A stretch of DNA of 39,106 nt from Candidatus Planktophila sp. (GCA_964201295.1 CAXNDN010000001.1:1-39106); one strand, 5' to 3'; positions 19,472-31,212 are shown, counted from the first letter of the stretch. The notes: generated by a model from the letters alone, not told the origin. Made by a program: numbers and translations.

Positions 19472-19641
19472 TTTTCGCCACCATCGCTACTCGGGTCTAT
19501 TCCATTATCGAGTGCGCTCCAAGGAGTATGAATCTTTTGCTTACGCTCATATCGTGATGAAATATTGAAGCGGCGCGAAATTAGATAGACGAGTGCGAGA
19601 ATTACAACGAGAGAAAATAGAATAGGAGCAAAGTCAGACAT
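19468..19641 (-). CDS. 57-aa single-TM protein resembling the C-terminal part of the actinobacterial Trp-biosynthesis-associated membrane protein (Trp_oprn_chp)
   Basis: Not in the ORF track (<60 aa). MSDFAPILFSLVVILALVYLISRRFNISSRYERKQKIHTPWSALDNGIDPSSDGGEK*. The ATG directly follows the trpE stop and its TGA overlaps the trpC GTG (GTGA). S.RYER and W.ALD.G.DP motifs are present. Confidence 0.8.
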   Translation of the reverse strand: MSDFAPILFSLVVILALVYLISRRFNISSRYERKQKIHTPWSALDNGIDPSSDGGEK

Positions 19642-21138
19642 CTAAGTGACATTGCTTCCGTTAGATAATTTATTGGCGGCACCTATTGCGCCCAATACCG
19701 CAGCTGCCTTATTTAAACACTCTTGATTCTCTGATTCGGGATCCGAGTCAGCAACTACTCCAGCACCGGCTTGAACATATGCCATCTTTTTATAAATGAG
19801 CGCAGTACGAATTGCGATACAAGTATCGATATTGCCAGTGAAATCTAGGTAGCCAATCGCACCGCCGTATAAACCGCGACGAGTTGGTTCTAACTCTTCA
19901 ATGATCTCCATCGCCCGCGGTTTTGGGGCACCTGAGAGAGTTCCGGCTGGAAAGACGGCGAAGAGCGCATCAACTGGTGAAGATTTTTCAGATAACTCTC
20001 CGATTACCGTTGAGACGATGTGCATTACATGTGAGTACCGCTCAATGTGCATAAAATCAATAACTTCCACACTGCCTGGTGAACAAATGCGTCCTAAATC
20101 ATTGCGACCAAGATCTACCAACATCAAATGTTCGGCGCGTTCTTTAGGATCCGCCAATAACTCTTCACCAAGGCGGTGATCTTCTTCTGCTGAATCAGAA
20201 CGCTTTCGGGTACCAGCAATTGGATGGACCATTACCTCTTTGCCGGTGACTTTAACTAAAGCTTCTGGGCTTGAACCAACAACTTCAACGCCATCGGTAA
20301 ATCGAAAAAGATACATGTATGGGCTCGGATTGTGTAAGCGCAGCATTCGATAAACATCTAAAGCATCTGCATTGCATTCCATGGCAAAGCGTTGTGAGAG
20401 AACTATCTGGAAGGCTTCCCCCGCCAAAATCTCCTCTTTCGCCAACGCTATCTTTGCCTTGTACTCATCCCCTGTGATATTTCTAGTAAATTCTGGTTCG
20501 TTCTTCTGGGCTAATTCGGCAACAAATCCAGGAAGTGATCCCGCGAGCTCGTTCTGCATTCGATCTAAACGTGATTGCGCATCGTCATAAGCCTGATCGA
20601 CGCGCGCTCCGGTTCCATCCCAGTTAATAGCGTTGGCAATTAAGGTGATTGTTCCCTCAGCGTGATCCATTACTGCTAGATCGCTAGTTAACATAAATGC
20701 CAACTCCGGAAGGTCGATATCTTTTTTTCCAAGAGATGGAAGTTTTTCTAAGCGACGAACCGAGTCATAGCCTAAATAACCGACTAAGCCGCCGGTAAGT
20801 GGTGGCAGACCTGCGATCTTGGGCGAGCGTAAATGCGCCGCCGAAAGTCTTAACGCCTCTAGAGGATCTATTCCGACTGGTGCACCTGCCGGAGTTGTTC
20901 CGACCCAGATAGCTTTTCCATCTTTCTCGCTTAAAGTTGCTTGGCTATTTGCGCCAATAAATGAGTAGCGTGACCACGCTCCCCCGTGTTCGGCCGATTC
21001 CAATAGAAATGTAGATGGTGCGTTCTTAGCTAACTTGCGATAAATACCGATCGGGGTTTCACCATCTGCAAGAAGTTTGCGATAGACCGGAATTACATTG
21101 AAACTCTTGGCATACTCCTGAAATTCAGAACGTTGCAT
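19642..21138 (-). CDS. trpE: Anthranilate synthase component I
   Basis: FLLESAE..G.WSRYSFIG, NPSPYMY, PIAGT, KERAEHLMLVDLGRND, FPAGTLSGAPK. TAATG overlap with hisI. Confidence 0.96.
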   Translation of the reverse strand: MQRSEFQEYAKSFNVIPVYRKLLADGETPIGIYRKLAKNAPSTFLLESAEHGGAWSRYSFIGANSQATLSEKDGKAIWVGTTPAGAPVGIDPLEALRLSAAHLRSPKIAGLPPLTGGLVGYLGYDSVRRLEKLPSLGKKDIDLPELAFMLTSDLAVMDHAEGTITLIANAINWDGTGARVDQAYDDAQSRLDRMQNELAGSLPGFVAELAQKNEPEFTRNITGDEYKAKIALAKEEILAGEAFQIVLSQRFAMECNADALDVYRMLRLHNPSPYMYLFRFTDGVEVVGSSPEALVKVTGKEVMVHPIAGTRKRSDSAEEDHRLGEELLADPKERAEHLMLVDLGRNDLGRICSPGSVEVIDFMHIERYSHVMHIVSTVIGELSEKSSPVDALFAVFPAGTLSGAPKPRAMEIIEELEPTRRGLYGGAIGYLDFTGNIDTCIAIRTALIYKKMAYVQAGAGVVADSDPESENQECLNKAAAVLGAIGAANKLSNGSNVT

Positions 21139-21509
21139 TAGCGCTCATCCGTAGCCTGATTTAACTTTACCGGGATGTGAAAACAGCTTTGTTCACCGGT
21201 ATGGCAAGCAGCCCCAACTTGTTCAACCTTTAATAAGAGCGCATCGCCATCACAATCTAAAGAAATGGCTAAAACTTTTTGAGTATGTCCTGAGGTGGCG
21301 CCTTTCTCCCACATTTCACTGCGGCTGCGGCTCCAGTAGGTAGCCCGTCCCGACTTTAGGGTTAAAGCTAAAGATTGGCGGTTCATGTAAGCCAGCATTA
21401 AAACTTCACCAGTACTGGCATCTTGGGCGATCGCCGGAATTAAATCGAGATCGGATTTTAAAAGCGCTGCAATATCGGCAGGTAAATCGCTAGGCAGCTG
21501 CGCATCCAT
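21138..21509 (-). CDS. hisI: Phosphoribosyl-AMP cyclohydrolase
   Basis: [28 protein letters not shown]. Confidence 0.96.
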   Translation of the reverse strand: MDAQLPSDLPADIAALLKSDLDLIPAIAQDASTGEVLMLAYMNRQSLALTLKSGRATYWSRSRSEMWEKGATSGHTQKVLAISLDCDGDALLLKVEQVGAACHTGEQSCFHIPVKLNQATDER

Positions 21510-21523
21510 AGCCTTATTCTGCC

Positions 21524-22297
21524 TTAAGCGATGCGGTTGCTGCGAATGGAATAACCCTGACCGCTCAAATACTTCTTTGCATCACTTATTCGGTGAATCC
21601 CGAAGTGAAATACGCTCGCTGCAAGTAAGGCATCGGCGCCAGCATCGAGAGCCGCTCCAAAATCTTCGAGCGTTCCAGCACCACCACTGGCGATTAGTGG
21701 AACATTCGATATAGCTCGCACCGCAGAAATCATTCCGATGTCATAACCTGCGCGCGTGCCATCGGCATCCATTGAATTTAAAAGAATTTCGCCAGCGCCA
21801 AGTGCACAAGCTTTCTCAACCCAAGCGAGTGCATCAAGACTTGCGCTCTGTCGGCCGCCATGGGTTGTGACTTCAAATCCTGATTCGGTACGAGCGCGGC
21901 GAGCATCAACTGAAATAACTAGAACTTGCGAACCAAAGCGATCGGCAATTTCCGCAATTAACTCAGGCCGGGCAATTGCAGCAGTGTTTATCGACACTTT
22001 ATCTGCACCCGCACGAAGTAGGCGATCTACATCTGCAACGCTACGGATTCCACCACCAACAGTGAGTGGAATAAATACTTGCTCAGCGGTTTTACGCACC
22101 ACATCTAAGGTAGTTTCACGATCTGAACTACTGGCAGAGATATCTAAAAAGGTTAACTCATCTGCGCCTTCTAAATTATATAAATTTGCCATCTCGACCG
22201 GATCGCCGGCATCAACGAGATCGGTAAAGTTAACACCTTTTACAACGCGCCCATCTGTGACATCTAGGCAGGGAATGATGCGGATTGAGAGCGCCAT
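21524..22297 (-). CDS. hisF: Imidazole glycerol phosphate synthase cyclase subunit
   Basis: [46 protein letters not shown]. Confidence 0.97.
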   Translation of the reverse strand: MALSIRIIPCLDVTDGRVVKGVNFTDLVDAGDPVEMANLYNLEGADELTFLDISASSSDRETTLDVVRKTAEQVFIPLTVGGGIRSVADVDRLLRAGADKVSINTAAIARPELIAEIADRFGSQVLVISVDARRARTESGFEVTTHGGRQSASLDALAWVEKACALGAGEILLNSMDADGTRAGYDIGMISAVRAISNVPLIASGGAGTLEDFGAALDAGADALLAASVFHFGIHRISDAKKYLSGQGYSIRSNRIA

Positions 22298-23038
22298 TTA
22301 CTTTACGCCTTTGGTTAAGGCCAGCGCTTCTTGAAGTGTGAAAGCTCCGGCATATAAAGCCTTACCGACAATTGCACCTTCGACACCCATCTCATTTAAA
22401 GCAGATAGCGCTGCGATATCGGCCAATGATGAGATACCACCGCTGGCGACAACTGGTTTCTTGGTGGCGCTGCAAACTTCGCGCAGTAATTCCAGATTTG
22501 GACCCTGCAAGGTTCCATCTTTAGTTACATCGGTTACTACATAGCGGGCACAACCATTGCTTTCTAAACGTTCCAGTGTTTCAAATAGATCTCCACCTTC
22601 TTTTGTCCACCCACGTGCTGCGAGTACATGGCCGCGCACATCTAAACCAACTGCAATTTGATCGCCGTACTCTGCAATTACACGAGCAGTCCATTCCGGG
22701 TTTTCTAGCGCTGCCGTGCCCAGATTTATACGGCGACAGCCTGTGGCAAGTGCGCGCTTTAAAGATTCATCATCGCGAATTCCGCCAGAGAGTTCTACCT
22801 TTATATCTAAACGTCCCACAACCTCGGCCAGTATTGCGCTGTTATCTCCTCTGCCAAATGCCGCATCAAGATCAACCAAGTGCAACCATTCAGCACCTGC
22901 TGCTTGAAAATCTAGAGCGACTTTAAGTGGTTGACCGTAAACACTCTCGCGTGCGAGTTCACCTTGCACCAGTCTTACTGCGCGCCCATCCTTAACATCT
23001 ACCGCAGGAAGGAGTTCTAAGTAATCTACTGCGCTCAT
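22298..23038 (-). CDS. priA: Phosphoribosyl isomerase A (HisA; probably bifunctional PriA with TrpF activity)
   Basis: [39 protein letters not shown]. Start ATG 23038 overlaps the hisH stop (ATGA). No trpF is present in the cluster. Confidence 0.93.
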   Translation of the reverse strand: MSAVDYLELLPAVDVKDGRAVRLVQGELARESVYGQPLKVALDFQAAGAEWLHLVDLDAAFGRGDNSAILAEVVGRLDIKVELSGGIRDDESLKRALATGCRRINLGTAALENPEWTARVIAEYGDQIAVGLDVRGHVLAARGWTKEGGDLFETLERLESNGCARYVVTDVTKDGTLQGPNLELLREVCSATKKPVVASGGISSLADIAALSALNEMGVEGAIVGKALYAGAFTLQEALALTKGVK

Positions 23039-23637
23039 AGTAATCTGACCCAATTTTTAATGAGTTGAAGACCAGCATCGCCAGATTTTTCAGGGTGAAA
23101 CTGAGTGGCACAGATCGCACCATCTTCAACTGCGCTAAGAAATTTCTCGTTATGAGTAGTCCACCCTTGCGCAGACCCAACGCTCGATTTAGCGGCATAA
23201 GAATGGACAAAATAGAAAGATTGATCGGCAACGCCTTTAAAGAGTTGTGATTCTCCGGTTACCGAAACGGTATTCCAACCCATATGCGGCAAGATCGGTG
23301 CAGTTAACTTAGTGATGCTCTCTTGCCAAATTCCTACACCCTGATGTAGTTCGGTATTTGCATGCTCATCGCCGTCACGAAAAAGGATCTGCATACCAAC
23401 ACAAATGCCAAGTGTCGGACGTTTTGCAGCGACTCGTGCGCGAACTATTTCATCTCCCCCGATTGCGACTAAGCCACGCATGCAAGCAGCAAAGGCGCCA
23501 ACGCCGGGAACGACAAGGCCCATGGCATTAAGCGCAGTGTCACGATCAGATGTAACTACAACTTCAGAGCCGCTGCGTTCAAAGGCGCGCTGCGCCGAAC
23601 GTAAATTACCTGACCCGTAGTCAAGGATTGCAATCAC
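23035..23637 (-). CDS. hisH: Imidazole glycerol phosphate synthase glutaminase subunit
   Basis: [37 protein letters not shown]. Confidence 0.97.
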   Translation of the reverse strand: MIAILDYGSGNLRSAQRAFERSGSEVVVTSDRDTALNAMGLVVPGVGAFAACMRGLVAIGGDEIVRARVAAKRPTLGICVGMQILFRDGDEHANTELHQGVGIWQESITKLTAPILPHMGWNTVSVTGESQLFKGVADQSFYFVHSYAAKSSVGSAQGWTTHNEKFLSAVEDGAICATQFHPEKSGDAGLQLIKNWVRLL

Positions 23638-23639
23638 TA

Positions 23640-24224
23640 TTAAAGCGAACCTTTTGTGGAAGGAACTCCTGCGATTCCGCCATCAAGTGAGACTGCATCA
23701 CGGAGTGCGCGAGCTACTGCTTTAAATTGCGCTTCAAATACGTGGTGTGCGTTACGACCCTCAAGCACACGGATATGAAGTGCGATACGCGCCTCGGCAA
23801 CAATTGACTCCCAGATATGTTTTCCAAGAGTGGTATCAAATGTACCGATTAACTCAACGATTTCTGGTTGGCGGTGTACAAGGTAAGGGCGTCCCGAAAG
23901 GTCTACCGCTGCCTGAACGAGAACCTCATCAAGTGGCACCATCGCATCGCCAAAGCGACGAATGCCGACTTTATCGCCGAGGGCTTCACGCAGTGCCTGA
24001 CCAAATGCCAGCGAAGTATCTTCAACGGTGTGATGCGAATCGACATCAACATCGCCTGTGGTCTTAACCGTTAAATTAAAACCAGAGTGCTTGCCTAGTT
24101 GCGAGAGCATGTGGTCGAAGAACGGAACGCCAGTATCAACTGAGATAGCACCTTCACCATCTAAATTTAATTCGACGATTACGTGTGACTCTTTCGTCTT
24201 ACGTTCTACGCGGGCTGTTCTCAT
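23640..24224 (-). CDS. hisB: Imidazoleglycerol-phosphate dehydratase
   Basis: [39 protein letters not shown]. Confidence 0.97.
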   Translation of the reverse strand: MRTARVERKTKESHVIVELNLDGEGAISVDTGVPFFDHMLSQLGKHSGFNLTVKTTGDVDVDSHHTVEDTSLAFGQALREALGDKVGIRRFGDAMVPLDEVLVQAAVDLSGRPYLVHRQPEIVELIGTFDTTLGKHIWESIVAEARIALHIRVLEGRNAHHVFEAQFKAVARALRDAVSLDGGIAGVPSTKGSL

Positions 24225-25330
24225 TGGCGTTCTCCATTCAAGATCTCTTGCAGGGCGGCGATAAATTTCTGGTTCTCGGCCTCATTGCCAATGGTCATAC
24301 GTAAGTGTCCTAATAATCCCACATCTCTTATGAGAACACCGCGATCTAGAAGTTGGCGCCAAAGCTGGGCTGGTTCGTGGCTAAATCCAGTAAATAGGAT
24401 GAAGTTGGCTTGGCTGGCAATTACCTGCAAGCCCATCTTCGCTAACTCTGCTGCTACAAATTCACGGGATTGAATGAGAGATGAGACGGTTCCTAATAAT
24501 TCACTTTGAAATTCCAGAGCCACCTCGGCGGCCGCCTGAGTAAGTGAACTTAAGTGATACGGCAGACGAACTAAGAACATAGCTGAAACAATCTCTGGAT
24601 CTGCTACTAAATATCCCAGGCGAGCTCCAGCAAAGGCAAATGCTTTGCTCATTGTGCGAATAACAACCAAGTTAGGGTATTTGGCAATTAGAGTGACGGC
24701 AGATGGCAAGTTTGAGAATTCAGCGTATGCCTCATCGATAATCAGTAAGCCGTTTACCTTTGCCACAGCATCGGCTAACTGAGAAATTTCATCCAAGGTC
24801 ACAGTTGTTCCGGTTGGATTATTAGGGGTTGTCACAAAAGTTAGCGCAGGCTTTACCGCCGAAATTTCCTGTAGCGCTTTGGCGATATCGAGTGAGAAAT
24901 CTGCGCGACGTCCACCATCGCGCCAGTCAACTCCGATTACCTTAGCGATTAACGGGTGCATGGAGTAAGAAGGTGTAAATCCAAGTGTTGGTCTATCACC
25001 AAAAGCCATAAAGAGTGATTGGATAATTTCATTGCTTCCATTGGCTGCCCAAACTTGCTCAGCTTCTAATGAAGTGCCAGAAAGGTTATTGATAAAGGAG
25101 GCTAGCGAATTACGCAGTACAAGCGCATCACGATCTGGGTAGCGATTTAAGGTAAGTGCGACTTGATGGGTGCGGTCAGCGATCGCTTTAGCTAGCGCAG
25201 GTGATGGTGCATATGGGTTCTCATTGGTATTTAAAGTCGCATCAGCTGGAACTTGTGGCGCGCCATATGGAGAAAGTGGTTGTAAATCTTGGCGCAGCGG
25301 CAACCAGTCAGGCCATTTCTTGGTACTCAT
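24221..25330 (-). CDS. hisC: Histidinol-phosphate aminotransferase
   Basis: [43 protein letters not shown]. Confidence 0.96.
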   Translation of the reverse strand: MSTKKWPDWLPLRQDLQPLSPYGAPQVPADATLNTNENPYAPSPALAKAIADRTHQVALTLNRYPDRDALVLRNSLASFINNLSGTSLEAEQVWAANGSNEIIQSLFMAFGDRPTLGFTPSYSMHPLIAKVIGVDWRDGGRRADFSLDIAKALQEISAVKPALTFVTTPNNPTGTTVTLDEISQLADAVAKVNGLLIIDEAYAEFSNLPSAVTLIAKYPNLVVIRTMSKAFAFAGARLGYLVADPEIVSAMFLVRLPYHLSSLTQAAAEVALEFQSELLGTVSSLIQSREFVAAELAKMGLQVIASQANFILFTGFSHEPAQLWRQLLDRGVLIRDVGLLGHLRMTIGNEAENQKFIAALQEILNGERQ

Positions 25331-26634
25331 AAATTTTCCAAACGAGCAGACATCGCTTCACCGTGTGCCGGCAAATCTTCCGCATTCGCCAATGTGATGA
25401 CGGTAGGAACCAAATCTACAAATGCTGTTTTGCTGTATTCAATGTAATGAATACCTCGCAAGAAAGTTTGCACTGAAAGTCCACTGCTGTGGCAGGCGCA
25501 TCCCCCAGTTGGTAAAACGTGGTTAGAACCTGCGGAGTAGTCGCCGAGTGAGACCGGCGAGAATCTGCCGATAAATACTGCACCGGCATTACGAATCTTT
25601 AGCGCATCTGCTGCAGCGCTATCGGTTTGAATCTCTAAATGTTCGGCGGCATAAGCATTAACTACATCAATACCTTGTGATATCGAGTCAACCAAGACAA
25701 TTGCAGATTGAACTCCAGTTAACGCTTCCCGGATGCGCGCGCTATGTTTAGTAGCAGCGACTCGAACTTCCAGTTCTTTCGCAACCTGTGCAGCCAAATC
25801 AGTAGATGTGGTCACCAAAACTGCGGCAGCAATGACATCGTGCTCCGCTTGGCTAATTAAATCTGCGGCTACATCGGCGGCAATAGCGCTCTCATCAGCC
25901 AAGATCGCAATCTCGGTCGGTCCCGCCTCGGAATCAATTCCAATAACACCACGTAGCGCGCGCTTTGCTGCAGCAACGTAAATATTTCCTGGGCCAGTCA
26001 CCAGATCACACTTTTCAGATAGGCCCTCCATTCCAAAAGCAAAGAGTGCTATCGCCTGCGCTCCACCAATGGCATAAACCTCTTTTACTCCAAGCAGTGC
26101 ACAAGCCGCCAAAATTGTTGGGTGTGGTAATCCCCCAAACTCTTTCTGCGGTGGCGAAGCCACTGCGATGCTAGATACTTCTGCAATCTGCGCCGGAATC
26201 ACATTCATTAAAACGCTACTTGGATAGACGGCGCGACCACCTGGAACATATAAACCGACACGATCGACGGGAATCCAACGTTCGGTGACGACCCCGCCAT
26301 CTACCACCTTCGTGCTCTTATCAGTGCGCTTCTGATCTTCATGCACCTTGCGAATTCGAGAGATGGAAAGTTCTAGTGCGGCACGTACTGCCGGATCTAG
26401 ATTTGCTAGCGCAGTATCCAAGTGGTGCTGACTCACGCGAATTGACTCTGGCTTTACCCCATCAAACTCTTCGGCAAGTTTTAAAAGTTCTGCTTCATCA
26501 CCGTTTTTCACACGTTCTAAAATTGGCTCAACAGCGCGCATCGCAGTTGCGATATCAAGAACTGCTCGTGGGATTGCTCGTTGATAGCCCGCCTTGCTAA
26601 AGGCTTGGCCGCGTAAATCAAGCGTGCGAATCAT
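25327..26634 (-). CDS. hisD: Histidinol dehydrogenase
   Basis: [49 protein letters not shown] leaderless-type TAGACT-6 nt-ATG lies at 26641-26646. Confidence 0.98.
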   Translation of the reverse strand: MIRTLDLRGQAFSKAGYQRAIPRAVLDIATAMRAVEPILERVKNGDEAELLKLAEEFDGVKPESIRVSQHHLDTALANLDPAVRAALELSISRIRKVHEDQKRTDKSTKVVDGGVVTERWIPVDRVGLYVPGGRAVYPSSVLMNVIPAQIAEVSSIAVASPPQKEFGGLPHPTILAACALLGVKEVYAIGGAQAIALFAFGMEGLSEKCDLVTGPGNIYVAAAKRALRGVIGIDSEAGPTEIAILADESAIAADVAADLISQAEHDVIAAAVLVTTSTDLAAQVAKELEVRVAATKHSARIREALTGVQSAIVLVDSISQGIDVVNAYAAEHLEIQTDSAAADALKIRNAGAVFIGRFSPVSLGDYSAGSNHVLPTGGCACHSSGLSVQTFLRGIHYIEYSKTAFVDLVPTVITLANAEDLPAHGEAMSARLENL

Positions 26635-26700
26635 AAGTTAAGTCTAACGGCTAGGTAATTACTCCCGCGCCTGAATATAAGTAAATAAGAATTATTGAGA

Positions 26701-29700
26701 TTAGATGCGAACCAGGCAATCTGGCCCAAGAATCGATTTGAGATCAGCGCTCAGACTAGGTGATGCTGTGACTAGTGCATCAATTTTCATAGTCGTAAAT
26801 ACCCCTTGATCATCGATCTGCATATGGACCTCACGCTTTCCGGGATGGGAGCGAAGAATCTCCTTCATGCGATCGACAATTGGCGGAGTGCATTGGGAAA
26901 TAGGAAGTGAAATCAAGAGCGGTCCAACTGGTCCAGTTGAGATATCCAGGGATTTCATTTCAAGGGCGGTGAAACGAACGACATCGTCGCGGCGCTCAAA
27001 TCGTCCGCGCACAGTTACCACTCGATCTTCAATCAGAGTTAGCGCATATTGGTTGTAGACATTCGAGAAGAAGAGCACTTCAACTGCGCCTTCTAAATCT
27101 TCCAAGGTAACGATTGCCCAAGATGATCCCGTTCGTGAAACTTTCCTTTGCACACCTGTAATTAACCCACCTAAAGTTACGAAACCGTCTGGTGTGCTTT
27201 CATCAGCCAGTAAAGAGCTGATAGACATATCAGTGTTAGAACGCAATATATGTTCCACACCTAGCAACGGATGGTCAGAGACGTAGAGTCCAAGCATTTC
27301 ACGTTCAAAGGTAAGTAACGTTGTCTTATCCCATTCGAAAGTTGGAATATCTATATCTAGTCCAGCTACTTGGGTCATCGAATCCCCACCAAATAGATCA
27401 AATTGACCGATCGCCTCAGCCCGCTTTGTTTCGATAACCGAGTCAATTGCTTCTAAGTGAATAGACATCAAGCCTTTACGTGGATGTTGCAGCGAATCAA
27501 ATGCGCCACCCTTAATCAAAGATTCAATGGTCTTCTTGTTGCAGACTTGTGCATCTACTTTGGCAAGGAAATCACCGAAATAAGTGAATGAGCCCTTGGC
27601 TACGCGTGAGGCCTTAATCGATGCGACAACGCCTTCTCCGACATTTCTGATCGCAGCAAGGCCAAAGCGAATATCTCTTCCACGCGGGGTGTACTCGGCA
27701 TTTGATTCATTTACATCAGGTGGCAGAACCTTAATTCCCATTCGGCGACACTCAGATAGATAGAGCGCTGACTTATCTTTATCATCACGAACGCTCGTTA
27801 AGAGCGCGGCCATGTATTCAGTTGGGAAGTTAGCCTTCAAATATGCAGTCCAGAAAGAGACGACTCCATAGCCGGCGCTATGGGCGCGGTTAAAGGCGTA
27901 ATCAGAGAATGGAATCAGAACATCCCACAGGCGTTTGATGGCTGCAGTTGAGAAACCATTCTCTTTCATACCCGCCTCAAATGGCACATACTCTTTATCT
28001 AGAATCTCTTTATTCTTCTTACCCATCGCCTTACGCAATAAATCTGCGCGACCCAATGAGAAACCCGCAACTTTCTGAGCAATCGCCATTACTTGCTCTT
28101 GGTAAACAATTAAGCCGTAGGTATCTCCCAATATTTCCTGTAAGACATCAGAGAGTTCGGGATGAATCGGCTCAACTGGTTTACGGCCATTCTTACGATC
28201 GGCATAGTTATTGTGCGCATTCTCTCCCATTGGTCCCGGGCGATAGAGCGCGATCACCGCTGAAATATCCGCAAAAGAATCAGGCGCCATGCTTCGCAAA
28301 AGTGCGCGCATTGGTCCACCGTCTAGCTGGAATACTCCCAGAGTATCTCCGCGCGATAAGAGTTCAAAAGTTTTTTGATCGGCAAGGACGAGATCTTCTA
28401 GAACCACATCAACACCTTGGTTCTCTTTAATATTCAGGAGCGCATCATCTAAAACCGACAGGTTGCGTAAGCCTAAAAAGTCCATCTTTAGCAGACCAGT
28501 TGATTCGCATGCACCCATATCAAATTGGGTAATTATCGCGCCATCTGCTTCACGGCGATGGATCGGGATGACATCTAATAACGGCTCCCGCGAAAGGATG
28601 ACGCCGGCGGCGTGAACTCCCCATTGGCGCTTTAGACCTTCCAAACCTTTTGCTAAATCAACAACCTTCATTGAATCGGGATCAGAGTTATAGAGTTCAC
28701 GAAATTCACTGGCTTCGCCGTGGCGTGGATCTTTAGAATCAAAGATGCCAGAGAGCGAAATATCTTTACCCATTACAGAAGGTGGAAGCGCCTTAGTTAA
28801 TTTTTCTCCAATCACATATGGATAACCAAGTACGCGCGTGGCATCTTTAATTGATTGCTTAGATTTAATCGTGCCGTAGGTGATGATCTGGGCGACGCGA
28901 TCTTCGCCGTATTTCTCTGTCGCATATTTGATCATTTCGCTGCGGCGACGTTCATCAAAGTCTAGGTCGATATCAGGCATCGAGATACGTTCTGGATTTA
29001 GGAAGCGTTCAAATAAAAGTCCATGTTCAATTGGGTCTAGCCCAGTTATTCCTAATACATAAGCAACAAGTGAGCCAGCTGCTGAACCACGACCTGGCCC
29101 GACGCGGATTCCAACTCTCTTGGCATACGAGACCAAGTCGGCTACAACGAGGAAGTAACCAGGAAAGCCCATCTTAAGCATTACGCCTAATTCGTAATTT
29201 AATCTCTCCTTATATTGATCAGTTAAACGATCTCCAAATTTAGCGACCAGGCCACTTTCAGCTTCTTTACGTAGCCAGCTATCTTCACTTTCTCCTGCTG
29301 GAACAGCAAAGGCGGGCATTAAATTTTCACCTTCACGCAATTTAACGTTGCAACGTTCCGCGATTAGCAGGGTGTTATCGCATGCTTCGGGAAGCTCACG
29401 GAAAAGCTCACGCATCTGTGCCGGTGTCTTTAAGTAAAATTCATCGTTATCAAATTTAAAGCGCTTGGGATCTGCCAGCGTTGAGCCCGATTGCACACAG
29501 AGCAGCGCCGCGTGGGCGGCAGCATCAGCGTGCTGGGTGTAGTGAAGGTCGTTGGTGGCAAGTAACGGCAATTCAAGTTCGCGACCTAATTTGAGAAGAT
29601 CTTCCTTTACTCGTGTTTCGACATCTATGCCATGATCCATTAACTCTAAAAAGAAATTATTCGCGCCAAAAATATCGCGGTAATCACTTGCGGCGCGCAA

Positions 29701-30231
29701 CGCTTCTTTGTAATTTCCCATTCGTAAACGCGTCTGTATTTCTCCACCCGGGCATCCAGTAGTTGCAATCAACCCATCTGAATATAGCGAAAGTAGTTCG
29801 CGATCCATCCGCGGCTTGTAGTAATAACCTTCCAGCGAAGCCAGAGAAGAGAGCCGAAATAGATTCTTTAGGCCATGGTTATTTTCGGCAAGAATCGTCA
29901 TATGTGTATATGCGCCGCCACCAGAGACATCATCATCTCCACCGCTAGCCCATTGCACACGCTTCTTTTCAAAGCGCGATTCGGGCGCAACGTAGGCTTC
30001 AATTCCAATAATCGGTTTTACGCCGGCGCTGGTAGCTTGTTTATAGAATTCGAAAGCGCCAAAGACATTTCCGTGGTCGGTCATAGCGATCGCGGGCATT
30101 TCCAGACGCGCTACTTCTTCTACTAGATCGCCAACTCGCGCCGCGCCATCAAGCATTGAATATTCAGTGTGAACATGCAGGTGCACGAAAGAGTCTTTTT
30201 TACTCACAGGGGTTGGGTTCGCGGTCGTCAC
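26701..30231 (-). CDS. dnaE: DNA polymerase III alpha subunit (DnaE1)
   Basis: PHP domain FVHLHVHTEYSMLDGA, TDHG, GPGRGSAAGS, PDIDLDF, KMDFLGL, C-terminal OB fold. Length is normal and there is no intein. Confidence 0.98.
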   Translation of the reverse strand: MTTANPTPVSKKDSFVHLHVHTEYSMLDGAARVGDLVEEVARLEMPAIAMTDHGNVFGAFEFYKQATSAGVKPIIGIEAYVAPESRFEKKRVQWASGGDDDVSGGGAYTHMTILAENNHGLKNLFRLSSLASLEGYYYKPRMDRELLSLYSDGLIATTGCPGGEIQTRLRMGNYKEALRAASDYRDIFGANNFFLELMDHGIDVETRVKEDLLKLGRELELPLLATNDLHYTQHADAAAHAALLCVQSGSTLADPKRFKFDNDEFYLKTPAQMRELFRELPEACDNTLLIAERCNVKLREGENLMPAFAVPAGESEDSWLRKEAESGLVAKFGDRLTDQYKERLNYELGVMLKMGFPGYFLVVADLVSYAKRVGIRVGPGRGSAAGSLVAYVLGITGLDPIEHGLLFERFLNPERISMPDIDLDFDERRRSEMIKYATEKYGEDRVAQIITYGTIKSKQSIKDATRVLGYPYVIGEKLTKALPPSVMGKDISLSGIFDSKDPRHGEASEFRELYNSDPDSMKVVDLAKGLEGLKRQWGVHAAGVILSREPLLDVIPIHRREADGAIITQFDMGACESTGLLKMDFLGLRNLSVLDDALLNIKENQGVDVVLEDLVLADQKTFELLSRGDTLGVFQLDGGPMRALLRSMAPDSFADISAVIALYRPGPMGENAHNNYADRKNGRKPVEPIHPELSDVLQEILGDTYGLIVYQEQVMAIAQKVAGFSLGRADLLRKAMGKKNKEILDKEYVPFEAGMKENGFSTAAIKRLWDVLIPFSDYAFNRAHSAGYGVVSFWTAYLKANFPTEYMAALLTSVRDDKDKSALYLSECRRMGIKVLPPDVNESNAEYTPRGRDIRFGLAAIRNVGEGVVASIKASRVAKGSFTYFGDFLAKVDAQVCNKKTIESLIKGGAFDSLQHPRKGLMSIHLEAIDSVIETKRAEAIGQFDLFGGDSMTQVAGLDIDIPTFEWDKTTLLTFEREMLGLYVSDHPLLGVEHILRSNTDMSISSLLADESTPDGFVTLGGLITGVQRKVSRTGSSWAIVTLEDLEGAVEVLFFSNVYNQYALTLIEDRVVTVRGRFERRDDVVRFTALEMKSLDISTGPVGPLLISLPISQCTPPIVDRMKEILRSHPGKREVHMQIDDQGVFTTMKIDALVTASPSLSADLKSILGPDCLVRI

Positions 30232-30273
30232 AGTTTCTCAATATTAGTCTCTGGGCTAGTCAGAAGGCTGCAG

Positions 30274-31212
30274 TTACGGCAGAACGGCATCGGAGAGTAT
30301 GCCCAAGCAAGTCTGAAGGTCAGGTGCATAGGGAGCGTTAAAAACCAATGGTTCCTTGGTCACGGGATGAGCAAAGCGAAGTTCTAGCGCATGCAACCAA
30401 GGTCGTGACATCTTCAAAGATTTACCGAGGACCGGATCTGCTCCATATGTTGTATCCCCAACGAGTGGATGATTTAGGGCAGAGAAGTGGACGCGGATTT
30501 GATGTGTGCGCCCAGTTTCAAGTTCAACTTTAACTAGCGAGACTGATCTATAGAATTCAATAACTTCGTAATGTGTAATGCTCTCTTTACCTTCAGCAAT
30601 TACTGCAAAGCGATGATCTTCCTTAGGGTGGCGATCAATTGGCGCATCAATAGTTCCGGTGACTGGATCCATATGACCTTGTACTAATGCGTGGTAAATC
30701 TTCTCTACTTCATGGTCGCGAAAGGCATCTTTAAGTCTTTTGTAGGCGCGATCACTCTTTGCAACGATCATCAAGCCGCTTGTGCCGACATCAAGACGAT
30801 GCACGATTCCCGCACGTTCGGCCGGACCTGAAGTTGAAATTGTGTATCCAGCGGCAGTTAGCGCGCCGACAACAGTTGGCCCCATCCATCCTGGACTTGG
30901 ATGAGCTGCGCAACCAACTGGCTTATCAACAACAACAATATCTTCATCATCATAAACAACTCGCAAACCATCTAAAGGTGTCAATGGAATCGGATCCTGA
31001 TTGAGAGGTTCTGGCATCAGAACATCAATTAGTTGCCCGCTGGTCACACGTTCTGATTTCGCCATTGCACGACCGCTGGTTCGAATATCACCATCTTCAA
31101 GTAAGCGCACAATTGTGGTGCGCGATAGACCAAGAACGCGAGTGAGTGCGCTATCGATACGTTCGCCAGCTACGCCCTCGGGAACGCTTAAAGTGCGCGC
31201 TTCGCGTGACAT
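30274..31212 (-). CDS. rluD: RluA/RluD family RNA pseudouridine synthase
   Basis: S4-like N-terminus, VDKPVG..HP, GIVHRLDVGTSG, LETGRTHQIRVH. Confidence 0.92.
   Translation of the reverse strand: MSREARTLSVPEGVAGERIDSALTRVLGLSRTTIVRLLEDGDIRTSGRAMAKSERVTSGQLIDVLMPEPLNQDPIPLTPLDGLRVVYDDEDIVVVDKPVGCAAHPSPGWMGPTVVGALTAAGYTISTSGPAERAGIVHRLDVGTSGLMIVAKSDRAYKRLKDAFRDHEVEKIYHALVQGHMDPVTGTIDAPIDRHPKEDHRFAVIAEGKESITHYEVIEFYRSVSLVKVELETGRTHQIRVHFSALNHPLVGDTTYGADPVLGKSLKMSRPWLHALELRFAHPVTKEPLVFNAPYAPDLQTCLGILSDAVLP

Noticed and set aside
26635-26700. His leader peptide or attenuator upstream of hisD
   Set aside because: There is no His-codon-rich mini-ORF or terminator, and the -10 lies 6 nt from the ATG.
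26701-30231. Intein or split in dnaE
   Set aside because: The 1176-aa ORF is continuous and of ordinary length, with no inserted C...HN or LAGLIDADG block.
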